Shown here: in pieces, positions 48,468-58,213 of the stretch
Numbering within the stretch: position 1 is the stretch's first letter
Layout of the letters: every line of letters starts with the position of its first letter
DNA from: an uncultured Holophaga sp.
GTDB taxonomy: Bacteria; Acidobacteriota; Holophagae; Holophagales; Holophagaceae
Length of the DNA stretch: 64,000 nucleotides
Direction of reading: 5' to 3'
Assembly (NCBI GenBank): GCA_963664825.1
Contig: OY761614.1
Coordinates: 2,368,001-2,432,000, forward strand
The notes under the pieces: model-generated
Databases searched by the model: none
Told to the model about the DNA's origin: nothing
What the model saw: the letters and a program-made list of their open reading frames with translations, nothing else
Made by a program: the position numbers and the translations under genes

Positions 48468-49136
48468 ATGCGAGCGGAGTCGGTTCCCGAACCCACCCTG
48501 CGACGTCTGCCCTCTTACTATCACTACTTGGTCCGCCTTCGGGAAAAGGGACAAGTGATGATCTCGGCGGCCCAGATCGGAGAAGACCTCGGTGTCCATC
48601 ACACCCAGGTCCGCAAGGACCTCGCCTTCACGGGCAGCCAGGGGCGCCCCAAGGTGGGGCACCGGGTGGCCGATCTGGTGGCTTCCATCGAAACTTTCCT
48701 CAACTGGAACAACGCCACCGATGCCTTTCTGGTCGGCGTGGGCCATCTGGGCACGGCCCTGCTGGGCTATACGGGCTTCGAACGTGCCGGGGTCAAGATC
48801 GTGGCGGCCTTCGATGCGGATTCCCGGATGGTCGGGAAGAAGGTCCAGGGTGTGCTGGTGCTCCCCCTGGACAAGCTCACCGACCTTGCCCAGCGCATGC
48901 ATATCAGCATCGGGATCCTCACGGTGCCCACGGAGGCCGCCCAGGAGGTGGCCGATTTGATGGTCGCCAGCGGGATTCAGGCCATCTGGAACTTTGCGCC
49001 CTCCGTTCCGGATGTGCCATCCGATGTCATCATCGAAAATGTCGCCCTCTATTCGAGCCTTGCGGTCCTTTCCCGGAAGCTCGCCGTCCATCGGAGGGCC
49101 GCACTTGCGGCCGCTTCCGGTCCAGACCCGGCCTAG
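48468..49136 (+). CDS. rex: Redox-sensing transcriptional repressor Rex
   Basis: PTLRRLPSY, QVRKDL, LVGVGHLGTAL, AIWNFAP. Confidence 0.95.
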   Translation: MRAESVPEPTLRRLPSYYHYLVRLREKGQVMISAAQIGEDLGVHHTQVRKDLAFTGSQGRPKVGHRVADLVASIETFLNWNNATDAFLVGVGHLGTALLGYTGFERAGVKIVAAFDADSRMVGKKVQGVLVLPLDKLTDLAQRMHISIGILTVPTEAAQEVADLMVASGIQAIWNFAPSVPDVPSDVIIENVALYSSLAVLSRKLAVHRRAALAAASGPDPA

Positions 49137-49216
49137 CCGAGTTCCATCGTTCCTCACATGAGGCCTTCCTGTTGGAGGCCGCGATTGTTTCTGCCACGCC
49201 GCAAGGAGGCAAACAC

Positions 49217-49723
49217 ATGGTCACAGCCGAAACCGAGTCCCCGCTGGTTGCGCGGCAATTCACGTCGGTGCTCCGCATCCTGGAGTCCTTCCATCACGAC
49301 AGTTCCAAGTTGGTACCCATTCTTCAGGCGGTGCAGGAGGAATATCGCTACCTGCCCGAAGAGGTCATGACCTTCGTCGCCACGGCACTGGATATCCCCC
49401 CGGCGCGGGTCTTTGGCGTAGCCACCTTCTATAGCCATTTCGCGCTGGCTCCCAAGGGCAAGTATGTGATCCGCGTCTGCGACGGCACGGCCTGTCACGT
49501 GAAGGGTAGCCAGGACATCGTCGATACCCTCACCGAGCGCCTGAAACTGGCCAAGGGCAAGCAGACCACCCCCGATATGCTCTTCACGCTGGAGACCGTG
49601 AGCTGTCTGGGCGCCTGCGGCCTGGCCCCCGCGGTGGTCATCAACGAAGACGTACACGGTCAGATGGATGCCGCTCGCACCCGAGCCCTCATCGACCAGA
49701 TTTGCACGGAGGAAGGCCAATGA
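49217..49723 (+). CDS. hydC: [FeFe]-hydrogenase gamma subunit (NuoE-like)
   Basis: GVATFYSHF, VCDGTACHVKG, SCLGACGLAP; AAGGAGG RBS. Confidence 0.9.
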   Translation: MVTAETESPLVARQFTSVLRILESFHHDSSKLVPILQAVQEEYRYLPEEVMTFVATALDIPPARVFGVATFYSHFALAPKGKYVIRVCDGTACHVKGSQDIVDTLTERLKLAKGKQTTPDMLFTLETVSCLGACGLAPAVVINEDVHGQMDAARTRALIDQICTEEGQ

Positions 49724-51621
49724 GTCCCCTGGCTGAGATGAACCTGGAAAATACGTCCGAGCATTACCTTGCCGCCGAGAAACACTTCGCCCGTCGGGTG
49801 GTGATCTGCGCGGGCACCGGATGCATGGCCAACGGATCGCTAAAGGTCTTCAAGGCGCTCCATGAGCAGGCCCAGGCCCAGGGCATCTCCCTTGAGATCG
49901 AACTGGACTACGAGGATCAGAAGGACAAGGCCGGTCTGCTCACCAAGAGCGGTTGCCAGGGCTTCTGCCAGATGGGTCCCCTGCTCTCTATTGAACCCGA
50001 TGGCATCCTCTACTGCCGCGTGAAGGCTACCGATGTGCCCGAGATCCTGGAGGGCGTGAAGCACGGCCAGCTGGTGGAGCGCCTCCTCTACAAGGTGCCG
50101 GCCACCGGGCAGGTCTGCAAGGGGCATGGCGATATCCCCTTCTACACCCAGCAGCACCGCACGGTCCTGAAGGCCTGCGGCGCCCTCGATCCCGAGAATC
50201 TGCGCGAGTACATCGCCCGGGGCGGCTACTTCGCGGCCCGCAAGGCCCTGACCACCATGACCGACCAGGAGGTTTGCCAGGAGATCCTGGATGCCGGCCT
50301 GCGCGGTCGCGGGGGCGGCGGCTTCCCCACGGGGCGCAAGTGGGAACTCACCCGCGTCCAGCCCAAGGGCAAGAAGTATGTGGTGTGCAACGGGGACGAG
50401 GGTGATCCCGGCGCCTTCATGGATCGCTCCGTCATGGAGGGCAATCCCCACGCCGTCCTCGAAGGCATGATGATCGCCGCCAAGGCCATCGGAGCCAATG
50501 AAGGCTATGTCTACGTCCGTGCCGAATACCCCCTGGCCGTGGCCCGGGTGCGCAAGGCCGTCAAGGATGCCGAAGAGGCAGGCATCCTGGGCGATAACAT
50601 CTTCGGCAGCGATCAGAGCTTCCGTGTGAGCGTCATGGAAGGCGCTGGCGCCTTTGTGTGCGGCGAGGAGACGGCCCTGTTGGCCTCCATCGAGGGCAAG
50701 CGTGGCATGCCCATGCCCAAGCCTCCCTTCCCGGCCCAAAGCGGCCTCAACGGGAAGCCCACGGTCATCAACAATGTGGAAACCCTGGCCTCCGTGCCCC
50801 TCATCCTGGCCAACGGCGCGGCTTGGTATCGCGCCATGGGCACCGAGAAGAGCCCAGGCACCAAGACCTTCGCCCTCACGGGCCATGTGGCCAACACGGG
50901 CCTCATCGAAGTGCCCTTCGGCGCAACCCTGCGCAAGATCGTCTTCGATATCGGCGGCGGCGTCACCAAGAAGGGGGGCGCCATCGATAACGACGCCTTC
51001 AAGGCCGTGCAGATCGGCGGCCCCAGCGGTGGCTGCCTCACCCGGGAGCACCTGGACCTGCCCATGGATTTCGATAGCCTCATCAGCATCGGCGCCATGG
51101 TGGGCTCCGGCGGCTTGGTGGTGATGAACCAGGAAACCTGCATGGTGCAGATGGCCAAGTTCTTCATGCAGTTCACCCAGAACGAGAGCTGCGGCAAATG
51201 CGTACCCTGCCGCGAGGGGACCAAGCAGATGCTGGCGCTCCTCGAAGACATCACCGAGGGCAGGGCCACCGAAGAGACGCTGCCCCTCCTGGAGCAGTTG
51301 GCGAAAAACGTGAAGCTCGGCTCGCTCTGCGGCCTGGGCAAGACCGCCCCGAACCCCGTGCTCTCCACACTGAAGCACTTCCGCCACGAGTACGAGGCCC
51401 ACGTCCAGCGCAAGGTCTGCCCCAGCCGGGTCTGCAAGAGCCTCATGACGCCCGAGATCGATGCGGCGCTCTGCAAGGGGTGCACGCTCTGTGCGAAGAA
51501 GTGCCCCGTGGGCGCCATCCACGGCGAGCGCAAGATCGCCCACACCATCGACGCCTTCACCTGCATCCGCTGCGGCGCCTGTGTCGAGACCTGCAAGTTC
51601 AACGCGATCTCTGGGATCTGA
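49720..51621 (+). CDS. hydB: [FeFe]-hydrogenase beta subunit (NuoF-like; FMN/NADH)
   Basis: GRGGGGFP, DEGDPGAFMDR, GAGAFVCGEETAL, GGPSG, ESCGKCVPCREG, C-terminal 2x[4Fe-4S]. Confidence 0.92.
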   Translation: MSPLAEMNLENTSEHYLAAEKHFARRVVICAGTGCMANGSLKVFKALHEQAQAQGISLEIELDYEDQKDKAGLLTKSGCQGFCQMGPLLSIEPDGILYCRVKATDVPEILEGVKHGQLVERLLYKVPATGQVCKGHGDIPFYTQQHRTVLKACGALDPENLREYIARGGYFAARKALTTMTDQEVCQEILDAGLRGRGGGGFPTGRKWELTRVQPKGKKYVVCNGDEGDPGAFMDRSVMEGNPHAVLEGMMIAAKAIGANEGYVYVRAEYPLAVARVRKAVKDAEEAGILGDNIFGSDQSFRVSVMEGAGAFVCGEETALLASIEGKRGMPMPKPPFPAQSGLNGKPTVINNVETLASVPLILANGAAWYRAMGTEKSPGTKTFALTGHVANTGLIEVPFGATLRKIVFDIGGGVTKKGGAIDNDAFKAVQIGGPSGGCLTREHLDLPMDFDSLISIGAMVGSGGLVVMNQETCMVQMAKFFMQFTQNESCGKCVPCREGTKQMLALLEDITEGRATEETLPLLEQLAKNVKLGSLCGLGKTAPNPVLSTLKHFRHEYEAHVQRKVCPSRVCKSLMTPEIDAALCKGCTLCAKKCPVGAIHGERKIAHTIDAFTCIRCGACVETCKFNAISGI

Positions 51622-51735
51622 GGCAGGTCGGGGGGACCGCTAGGCCTGCGGCCTCTGCGTCCCCCCGGCCCTCGCGATGGCGGCGAGCCAGCCGGTCTCC
51701 ATCGCCTCTCCCCAACCGAACCCGAGGATTGAACC

Positions 51736-53772
51736 ATGACCAATGACAAGACCCTGACCATTGACGGATTCCGCGTTGCCATCGAGGCGGAGACGAACCT
51801 GCTCCAGGTGATCCGCAAGGCTCATATCGAGCTGCCCACCTTCTGCTACCACTCCGAGCTCTCCGTGTATGGCGCATGTCGCCTCTGCATGGTGGAACTG
51901 GAGGGGCGTGGCCTCGTCACGGCCTGCACCACCAAGCCCGAGCCGGGCATGAAGGTGCTGACCCAGACCGCCCAGGTGCGCGAACTGCGCAAGATCAATA
52001 TCGAACTCCTGCTCGCCAGCGGCGACCACGACTGCCCCACCTGCGGCAAGAGCGGCAACTGCAAGCTCCAGAGCCTGGCGGAGCGCCTGGGTGTCACCAA
52101 GGTGCGCTTCCACGCGCCGGTGGAGAAGAAACCCCTGGATCTCACCAGCCCCAGCCTCGTGCGCGACCCCAATAAGTGCGTGCTCTGCGGCGACTGCGTG
52201 CGCTTCTGCGCCGAGATCCAGGGCATCGGCGTGCTGGACTTCACCCATCGCGGTTCCCATTCCCAGGTATCCCCGGCCTTCAACAAGGGCCTCTTCGAGG
52301 TCGATTGCGTGGGCTGTGGCCAGTGCGCGGCTGTCTGCCCCGTGGGCGCCATTCTCGTGAAGTCCGAGGTGGAGAAGGTCTACGCCGCCATCCAGGATCC
52401 CAAGAAGACCGTCGTGGTGCAGGTGGCCCCGGCCGTCCGCGCCGCCATCGGCGAATCCTTCGGCGCCGCCAACGACACCTTCACCATGGGGCGCATCGTC
52501 TCCGCCCTGCGTCGCCTGGGCTTCGCCAAGGTCTACGACACCTCCTTCACGGCCGATCTCACCATCTGGGAAGAGGCCACGGAATTCGTGAACCGCAAGC
52601 AAAAGGGGGGCAAACTGCCCCTGTTCACCAGCTGCTGCCCCGCTTGGGTGAAGATGGCCGAACACGACTTCCCCGAGATCCTGGAGAACATCTCCACCTG
52701 CCGGAGTCCCCAGCAGATGTTCGGGAGCTTGGCCAAGGAAGTGCTGCCCAAGGAACTGGGCGTGGCTCGTGAAGATCTGGTGGTGGTGAGCATCATGCCC
52801 TGCACGGCCAAGAAGTTCGAGGCCGGTCGCGACGAGTTCATGGTGGAGGGCAAGCGGGACGTGGATGTGGTTCTCACGACCCAGGAACTGGCGCGCATGA
52901 TTCAGGACGCGGGCCTCCAGTTCTCGGAACTGCCCGTGGATAGCCTGGACCAGCCCTTCGGCACCAAGACCGGGGCGGGGGTGATCTTCGCCAATTCCGG
53001 TGGCGTGACGGAAGCCGTGATCCGCTACGCAGCCGGGCATCTGGGTGAGGAGAATCCCGTCATCGAGGAAGTCCGCCTGGAGAAGAATCGCCGGGAGTTT
53101 TCGGTGGCGACACCCTTTGGCGAAATCCGAATGGCCGTGGTCCATGGCTTGGCCAAGGCCAAGGAACTGGTGCGGGAGATCCAGGCCGGCAAGAGCGACG
53201 TGGAGTTCGTGGAAATCATGGCCTGCCCCGGTGGATGCATCGGCGGCGCTGGCCAGCCCACCACCCATTCCGCAGGGACCCGGCATCAGCGGACCCAGGT
53301 CATTCGTGACGTGGACACCACCCTGGACACCCACTGTCCCCAGGAGAACCACGTCATCAAGGATCTCTACAAGGACCGGTTGGGCGAGCCCAATGGCGCT
53401 GAGGCCCATCGCCTCCTCCACACTCATTACCACAGCCGCAAGCGCATCGAGGCCGAGGGCATCGCTCTCTCGGAGATCACTGGAACGGTCAAGATCCCTG
53501 TCAATGTGTGCCTGGGCACGGCTTGCCATCTGCGGGGCGCTCAAGGGCTCCTCAAACAGATCCTCAAGCATGTGGATGAGGCCGAACTCAGCGAGGTCTT
53601 TGATATCCGAGCCACCTTCTGCATGGAGTCCTGCGACAACGGGCCCACGGTGCGGGTGAACGGCCATGTGCTACGGCATGCCACCTTTGAAATGGTTCGG
53701 GACACCCTGGCTGCTGCCGCTGCGGGTAAACTACCCGCGGTGGAGGTCTCTGATGGCTGTGCCCACGCATGA
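51736..53772 (+). CDS. hydA: [FeFe]-hydrogenase catalytic subunit, group A3, with C-terminal [2Fe-2S] domain
   Basis: H-cluster motifs TSCCPAW, MPCTAKKFE, EIMACPGGCIGGAGQP; N-terminal F-clusters; C-terminal VCLGTAC...CMESC. Confidence 0.95.
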   Translation: MTNDKTLTIDGFRVAIEAETNLLQVIRKAHIELPTFCYHSELSVYGACRLCMVELEGRGLVTACTTKPEPGMKVLTQTAQVRELRKINIELLLASGDHDCPTCGKSGNCKLQSLAERLGVTKVRFHAPVEKKPLDLTSPSLVRDPNKCVLCGDCVRFCAEIQGIGVLDFTHRGSHSQVSPAFNKGLFEVDCVGCGQCAAVCPVGAILVKSEVEKVYAAIQDPKKTVVVQVAPAVRAAIGESFGAANDTFTMGRIVSALRRLGFAKVYDTSFTADLTIWEEATEFVNRKQKGGKLPLFTSCCPAWVKMAEHDFPEILENISTCRSPQQMFGSLAKEVLPKELGVAREDLVVVSIMPCTAKKFEAGRDEFMVEGKRDVDVVLTTQELARMIQDAGLQFSELPVDSLDQPFGTKTGAGVIFANSGGVTEAVIRYAAGHLGEENPVIEEVRLEKNRREFSVATPFGEIRMAVVHGLAKAKELVREIQAGKSDVEFVEIMACPGGCIGGAGQPTTHSAGTRHQRTQVIRDVDTTLDTHCPQENHVIKDLYKDRLGEPNGAEAHRLLHTHYHSRKRIEAEGIALSEITGTVKIPVNVCLGTACHLRGAQGLLKQILKHVDEAELSEVFDIRATFCMESCDNGPTVRVNGHVLRHATFEMVRDTLAAAAAGKLPAVEVSDGCAHA

Positions 53773-54013
53773 AATCGTGGTCTGCATGGGAAGCGCCTGC
53801 TTCTCCCGGGGGAATGCCGACACCGTTCCGGTGATTCAGGAATTCCTCCGGGCGAAGGGCATGGAACATTCGGTCACGCTCACGGGGACCCTCTGTCAGA
53901 ATCACTGCCGACAGGGGCCCAATCTGTCTGTGGATGGGGAGTGCCTCTGCGGGGTTGAACCTGCGACCCTGCCAGAGCTTCTCGCTGAACATCTGGCTGA
54001 GCATCAGGGTTAG
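53753..54013 (+). CDS. Thioredoxin-like [2Fe-2S] ferredoxin (HfsA-like)
   Basis: VCMGSACFSRGN...LCQNHCRQGP; GGAGG RBS. Confidence 0.85.
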   Translation: MAVPTHEIVVCMGSACFSRGNADTVPVIQEFLRAKGMEHSVTLTGTLCQNHCRQGPNLSVDGECLCGVEPATLPELLAEHLAEHQG

Positions 54014-54028
54014 CCGGAGAACCCCGAC

Positions 54029-55786
54029 ATGAACTCCAAGCAGCCGATTTTCACGGAAAAGGCGCGGTGCCAGGATTGCTATAAGTGTGTGCGGGCCTGC
54101 CCGGTCAAGGCCATCCAGGTGGTCGACGATAGCGCCGCGGTGATGCCTGAGCGCTGCGTGTTCTGCGGCACCTGCGTGAACGTGTGTCCCGTGGGTGCCA
54201 AGAAGGTGCGCGATGACCTGGGACGGGCCAAGCTGGTGCTCAAGCGCAAGGCGAAGGTGGTGGCGAGTCTTGCCCCATCCTTCGTGGCCGAATTCCCGGG
54301 GCTCGAGCCCGCGCGGCTGATCCACGCCCTCAAGGCCTTGGGCTTCTGGGCCGTCTCCGAGACGGCCCTGGGCGCCGAGGAGGTCTCCGCGGCCTGCGCC
54401 CTGGAACTCGAGAAGGGCGGGCCCGGGGCCTACCTCTCCACCGCATGTCCCACCGTGGTGGAACTGATCCGGCGCTATCACGCCGATCAGATCCCCGCAC
54501 TCACTCCTCTCCTCTCGCCGCTCCTGGCCCACTGCAAGCTGCTCCGCCGCGAATACGGGGAGGATATCGGCATCGTGTTCATCGGACCCTGCATCTCCAA
54601 GAAGCTGGAAGCCGACGCCCGGCCCGAACTGTTGGATGTGGCCCTCACCTTCGCTGATCTGCACCGATGGCTGGAGGATCGGGGCATCGATCCCGCTTCC
54701 GAACCCTTCGATGACGCGGATGCCTTCGTGCCCAAGGAGGCCCGGGATGGCGCCCTCTACCCCGCGGATGGCGGCATGAATAAGGGCATCGCCTACCGTC
54801 GGAATACGGAGGACGTGAAGTTCATGTCCTTTTCGGGTATTCACTTCCTGCAGGAGGCCATGGAGGGTCTGCGCAACCATGACCTGAAGCAGAAGCTCTT
54901 CCTGGAGCTGCTGGCCTGCGAGGGGGGCTGCGTCAATGGCCCCCAGGCCTCCAAGACCTGCGGCACCGCCCTCAAATGGCTCCAGGTGCTCGATTACGCC
55001 TCCGAACCCGAGCGGCCCCTCCCTGAGCCCAGCCTCGACCTGGCGGCGGAGACCTCACCGGCTCCCGTGCCCGAGTATTCCCACGAGCTGCCGGAGGTGC
55101 TTCAGGCCCTGCGAAGGCTGGGCAAGACGACCCCCGAGGACGAACTCAACTGTGGCGGCTGCGGCTACGACAGCTGTCGGCACCTGGCCCAGGCGCTCTT
55201 GGAGGGCCGGGCCGAGCCCAATATGTGCGTGTCCTACATGCGCAAGCTGGCCATGAACAAGGCCAATGCCCTGGTTCGTTGCATGCCCGCGGGGGTGGTG
55301 ATCGCGGATGAAAACCTCTTCATCGTCGAGTGCAACCGCCGTTTCGCGGAGACTCTCGGGGGCGATACGCCGGAAGTCTTCGACGCCAAGCCCGGCATGA
55401 GCGGCGCCGATCTCACCAAGGTGTGCCCGGAGCTGCGGGGCTTCTTCGCCAAGGGGTTGGAGAAGGAAGTGGATGATCTCCGCAAGGATGTGCGCGTGGG
55501 GGATCGCATCCTGCGCCTCACGGTCTTCACGGTCGAATTGGGCTGCGTGGTTGGCGGCATCCTTCAGGACATCACCGAGCCCGCCGTGCAGCGGGAACAG
55601 ATCATCCAGCGGGCCCAGGAGGTCATCCGCAAGAACGTGACCACCGTGCAGCAGATCGCCTTCCTGCTGGGGGAGAACGCCGCAGAGACCGAGATCATGC
55701 TCGATTCGCTCTCCTCCTCCTTCCGCATCGCGCCTTCCCCCCTGGGCGGCCCCGCGCCGGAGGAGGACTCGCGCCGTGGGAAATAG
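54029..55786 (+). CDS. Sensory group C [FeFe]-hydrogenase with PAS domain (HydS/HfsB-like)
   Basis: 2x[4Fe-4S], altered H-cluster motifs STACP, IGPCISKKLE, ELLACEGGCVNGP; NCGGCGYDSC; PAS; VQQIAFLLGE. Confidence 0.9.
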   Translation: MNSKQPIFTEKARCQDCYKCVRACPVKAIQVVDDSAAVMPERCVFCGTCVNVCPVGAKKVRDDLGRAKLVLKRKAKVVASLAPSFVAEFPGLEPARLIHALKALGFWAVSETALGAEEVSAACALELEKGGPGAYLSTACPTVVELIRRYHADQIPALTPLLSPLLAHCKLLRREYGEDIGIVFIGPCISKKLEADARPELLDVALTFADLHRWLEDRGIDPASEPFDDADAFVPKEARDGALYPADGGMNKGIAYRRNTEDVKFMSFSGIHFLQEAMEGLRNHDLKQKLFLELLACEGGCVNGPQASKTCGTALKWLQVLDYASEPERPLPEPSLDLAAETSPAPVPEYSHELPEVLQALRRLGKTTPEDELNCGGCGYDSCRHLAQALLEGRAEPNMCVSYMRKLAMNKANALVRCMPAGVVIADENLFIVECNRRFAETLGGDTPEVFDAKPGMSGADLTKVCPELRGFFAKGLEKEVDDLRKDVRVGDRILRLTVFTVELGCVVGGILQDITEPAVQREQIIQRAQEVIRKNVTTVQQIAFLLGENAAETEIMLDSLSSSFRIAPSPLGGPAPEEDSRRGK

Positions 55787-56969
55787 CGCCAACGCCTTCT
55801 TCATCGAGGTCGACCACGCCCAGGAAAAGAAGGCGGGGCAGGCGGCCTGTGGGGACGTCTTCCTCTCTCAGAAGTTGGAGGCCGGGGAACGGGTGGTCTC
55901 CGTGCTGGCCGACGGCCTGGGCAGTGGCATCAAGGCCTCGGTGTTGGCCCATCTCACCGCCACCATGGCCGCTCGCTATGTGGCCGAGGACGCCGATATC
56001 GGCCGGGCGGCCCGCACCATCCTGGCGACGCTGCCGGTCTGCAGCGAACGGAAGATCGCCTACTCCACCTTCACCATCGTGGACATGGACCGGCGGGGCG
56101 AAACGCATATCGTGGAATACGATAATCCGCCCTTCCTGCTGATCCGCGCCGGTGAAGTGGTGTCGGTCTCCCAGCAGGAGATGCGCCTGCCCACAGCCCT
56201 CGGTCGGGACGCGGTGATCCGGGAGGCGCGGTTCCTGGCGCAGCCCGGCGATCGCATCGTGATCTGCTCCGATGGCGTGACGCAGGCCGGCGTGGGCCAG
56301 CGGGCGACGCCCCTGGGGTGGGGCACGGATGCGGAAAGCTCCTACCTCTGCGGGATACTCAAGGAGCGTCCGGGCATTTCCGCCCGACAGCTCGGCCGGG
56401 CTGTGGTGCAGAAGGCCATGTCGCTAGATGGCCACAAGGCCAAGGATGACATCACCTGTAGCGTGATCTACCTGCGCAAACCGCGGGAGGTCATGGTGTT
56501 CACCGGGGCTTCCGTCAACCGCGCCATGGACAAGGAACTGGCCAATCTCGCCCTCCATTTCGAGGGACGCAAGGTCATCTGTGGGGGGACCACCGCGAGC
56601 ATCCTCAGCCGTGAGCTGGGGCGGAAGCTGGAGATGGACCTGCGTGAACTGGACCCCGATGTGCCGCCTGTTTCGAGCCTGGAGGGCTTCGATCTCGTCA
56701 CCGAGGGCGCCATCACCCTGGCGGTCGCCGCGCGGCTGCTGGAGGAGCACGAGAATCCCGAGCTGCTCAAGCCCAATGCCGCCACCCGCCTGGCTGGGGT
56801 CTTCCTCGATAGCGATATCCTCCATTTCATCGTCGGCACCAAGATCAACGAAGCCCTCCAGGATCCCTGCCTCCCTCCGGATCTCGATATCCGGCGCAAT
56901 ATCCTGCGGCGGCTCCAGCGCGTGCTGACCGAAAAATTTCTGAAAGAAGTGCATGTGATGTTCGTCTAG
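55776..56969 (+). CDS. SpoIIE/PP2C-type Ser/Thr phosphatase (HfsC-like)
   Basis: [35 protein letters not shown]. Confidence 0.9.
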   Translation: MGNSANAFFIEVDHAQEKKAGQAACGDVFLSQKLEAGERVVSVLADGLGSGIKASVLAHLTATMAARYVAEDADIGRAARTILATLPVCSERKIAYSTFTIVDMDRRGETHIVEYDNPPFLLIRAGEVVSVSQQEMRLPTALGRDAVIREARFLAQPGDRIVICSDGVTQAGVGQRATPLGWGTDAESSYLCGILKERPGISARQLGRAVVQKAMSLDGHKAKDDITCSVIYLRKPREVMVFTGASVNRAMDKELANLALHFEGRKVICGGTTASILSRELGRKLEMDLRELDPDVPPVSSLEGFDLVTEGAITLAVAARLLEEHENPELLKPNAATRLAGVFLDSDILHFIVGTKINEALQDPCLPPDLDIRRNILRRLQRVLTEKFLKEVHVMFV

Positions 56970-57925
56970 CGCCACCGCGCGGCGCGCCAGGCTGCCTGTT
57001 GGCCGGGATCGAGGAAGGTCCAGGCCAGGATGCGGCTCTTCTTCTGGCCCTGGGCCATCTCAAGGGTTCGGCAATCCACCACCCGAGCCTGCTTGAGGGC
57101 GGCCCGGAGGCCTGGCAGGCTGGAGGATTTCGAGACCAGGGTGGTGAACCAGAAACACTGGGTCGGGATCCGGGCACTCTCCTGGATCATCCGCCCCAGG
57201 AAGGCTCCCTCTCCCCCCGGACACCAGAGTTCACGGCCCTGGCCGCCGAAATTCCGCCTGCTCACGCTCTTGCCGAGATTCCGCCATTTGCGCTCGGTGC
57301 CTTCCCCTGCCTCCCGGAGGGAGGAGTGGAAGGGCGGGTTGCACAGGCAGGCATCGAAGGTCTCGCCCTTCTCCAAGAGTCCCTGGAAGATGTGCGAAGG
57401 GTTTGCCTGGAGCCGCAGATGGATGGCCTCCGCCAGCCCCGGATTGGCCTCCAGGGTCCGTCCTGCGGACGCGAGGGCGGCGCCGTCGATATCCGAACCG
57501 AGAAAGCGCCATCCGTATTCGCGATGGCCGATGAGAGGGTAGATCCCGTTGGCGCCCACGCCGATATCCAGGATATGGATGGGTTCTCCCCGGGGGATTT
57601 GACCTCCGTTGCAGGTGGCCAGGAGATCGGCGAGGTGATGCAGGTAGTCGGCCCGGCCGGGGATGGGCGGACATAGATAGCCCGGCGGGATATCCCAACC
57701 CCGGACACCATAGAAATGAGCCAGGAGCGCCCGGTTCAGGGCCTTGACGGCCTCGGGATCGGCGAAGTCGATGGAGGGATCGCCATGGATGTTCACCGCC
57801 ACGAAGGGGGCGAGTTCTGGGCAGCTTCGGGAGAGCTGGGCGAAATCATAGCGCTCCCGGTGGCGGTTCCGGGGATGGAGGCCTGGTTTTGCGGGAGATG
57901 CCTCGGTGGGGGGATTTCGAGCCAT
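56966..57925 (-). CDS. rlmF: 23S rRNA m6A1618 methyltransferase
   Basis: [49 protein letters not shown]. Confidence 0.95.
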   Translation of the reverse strand: MARNPPTEASPAKPGLHPRNRHRERYDFAQLSRSCPELAPFVAVNIHGDPSIDFADPEAVKALNRALLAHFYGVRGWDIPPGYLCPPIPGRADYLHHLADLLATCNGGQIPRGEPIHILDIGVGANGIYPLIGHREYGWRFLGSDIDGAALASAGRTLEANPGLAEAIHLRLQANPSHIFQGLLEKGETFDACLCNPPFHSSLREAGEGTERKWRNLGKSVSRRNFGGQGRELWCPGGEGAFLGRMIQESARIPTQCFWFTTLVSKSSSLPGLRAALKQARVVDCRTLEMAQGQKKSRILAWTFLDPGQQAAWRAARWR

Positions 57926-58213
57926 GGTTCATCCTGGGGCGCTGGATCAGGTGCATCTCGAGTATCCGGCAGGTTGGGGTTGGGGAAACTGCGAATTGTG
58001 GTTCAGGCCCACTCCTTAAAGACAATGGGCCCGTTCCAAACGCATTATCTGGGTTTATTGTATAAGAGGTTGGAAAATATATTTTTACGATTTTGAATGC
58101 CTACTTGTTGGTAACATTGGCTCAGACTAGGGAGGCCTGAGACGCAGGCCTCGCCGCTCGGGGATGGTTTCGAACCCCACTGGTTCCTTTTCTTGAGAGA
58201 ATATCCGTCTGGC

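Noticed and set aside
48359..49216. Long N-terminal extensions in the ORF track (HydC 454 aa; also MutS2, M16, CorC, SerA)
   Set aside because: They overlap other genes or promoter gaps; downstream starts fit RBS position or family length better
49217..51621. Calling these genes complex I nuoE/nuoF
   Set aside because: They are coupled to an H-cluster hydA and no other nuo genes are present
58120..58190. tRNA-like fragments (GCTCAG, GGTTTCGAACCCC)
   Set aside because: No acceptor stem or cloverleaf can be formed on either strand
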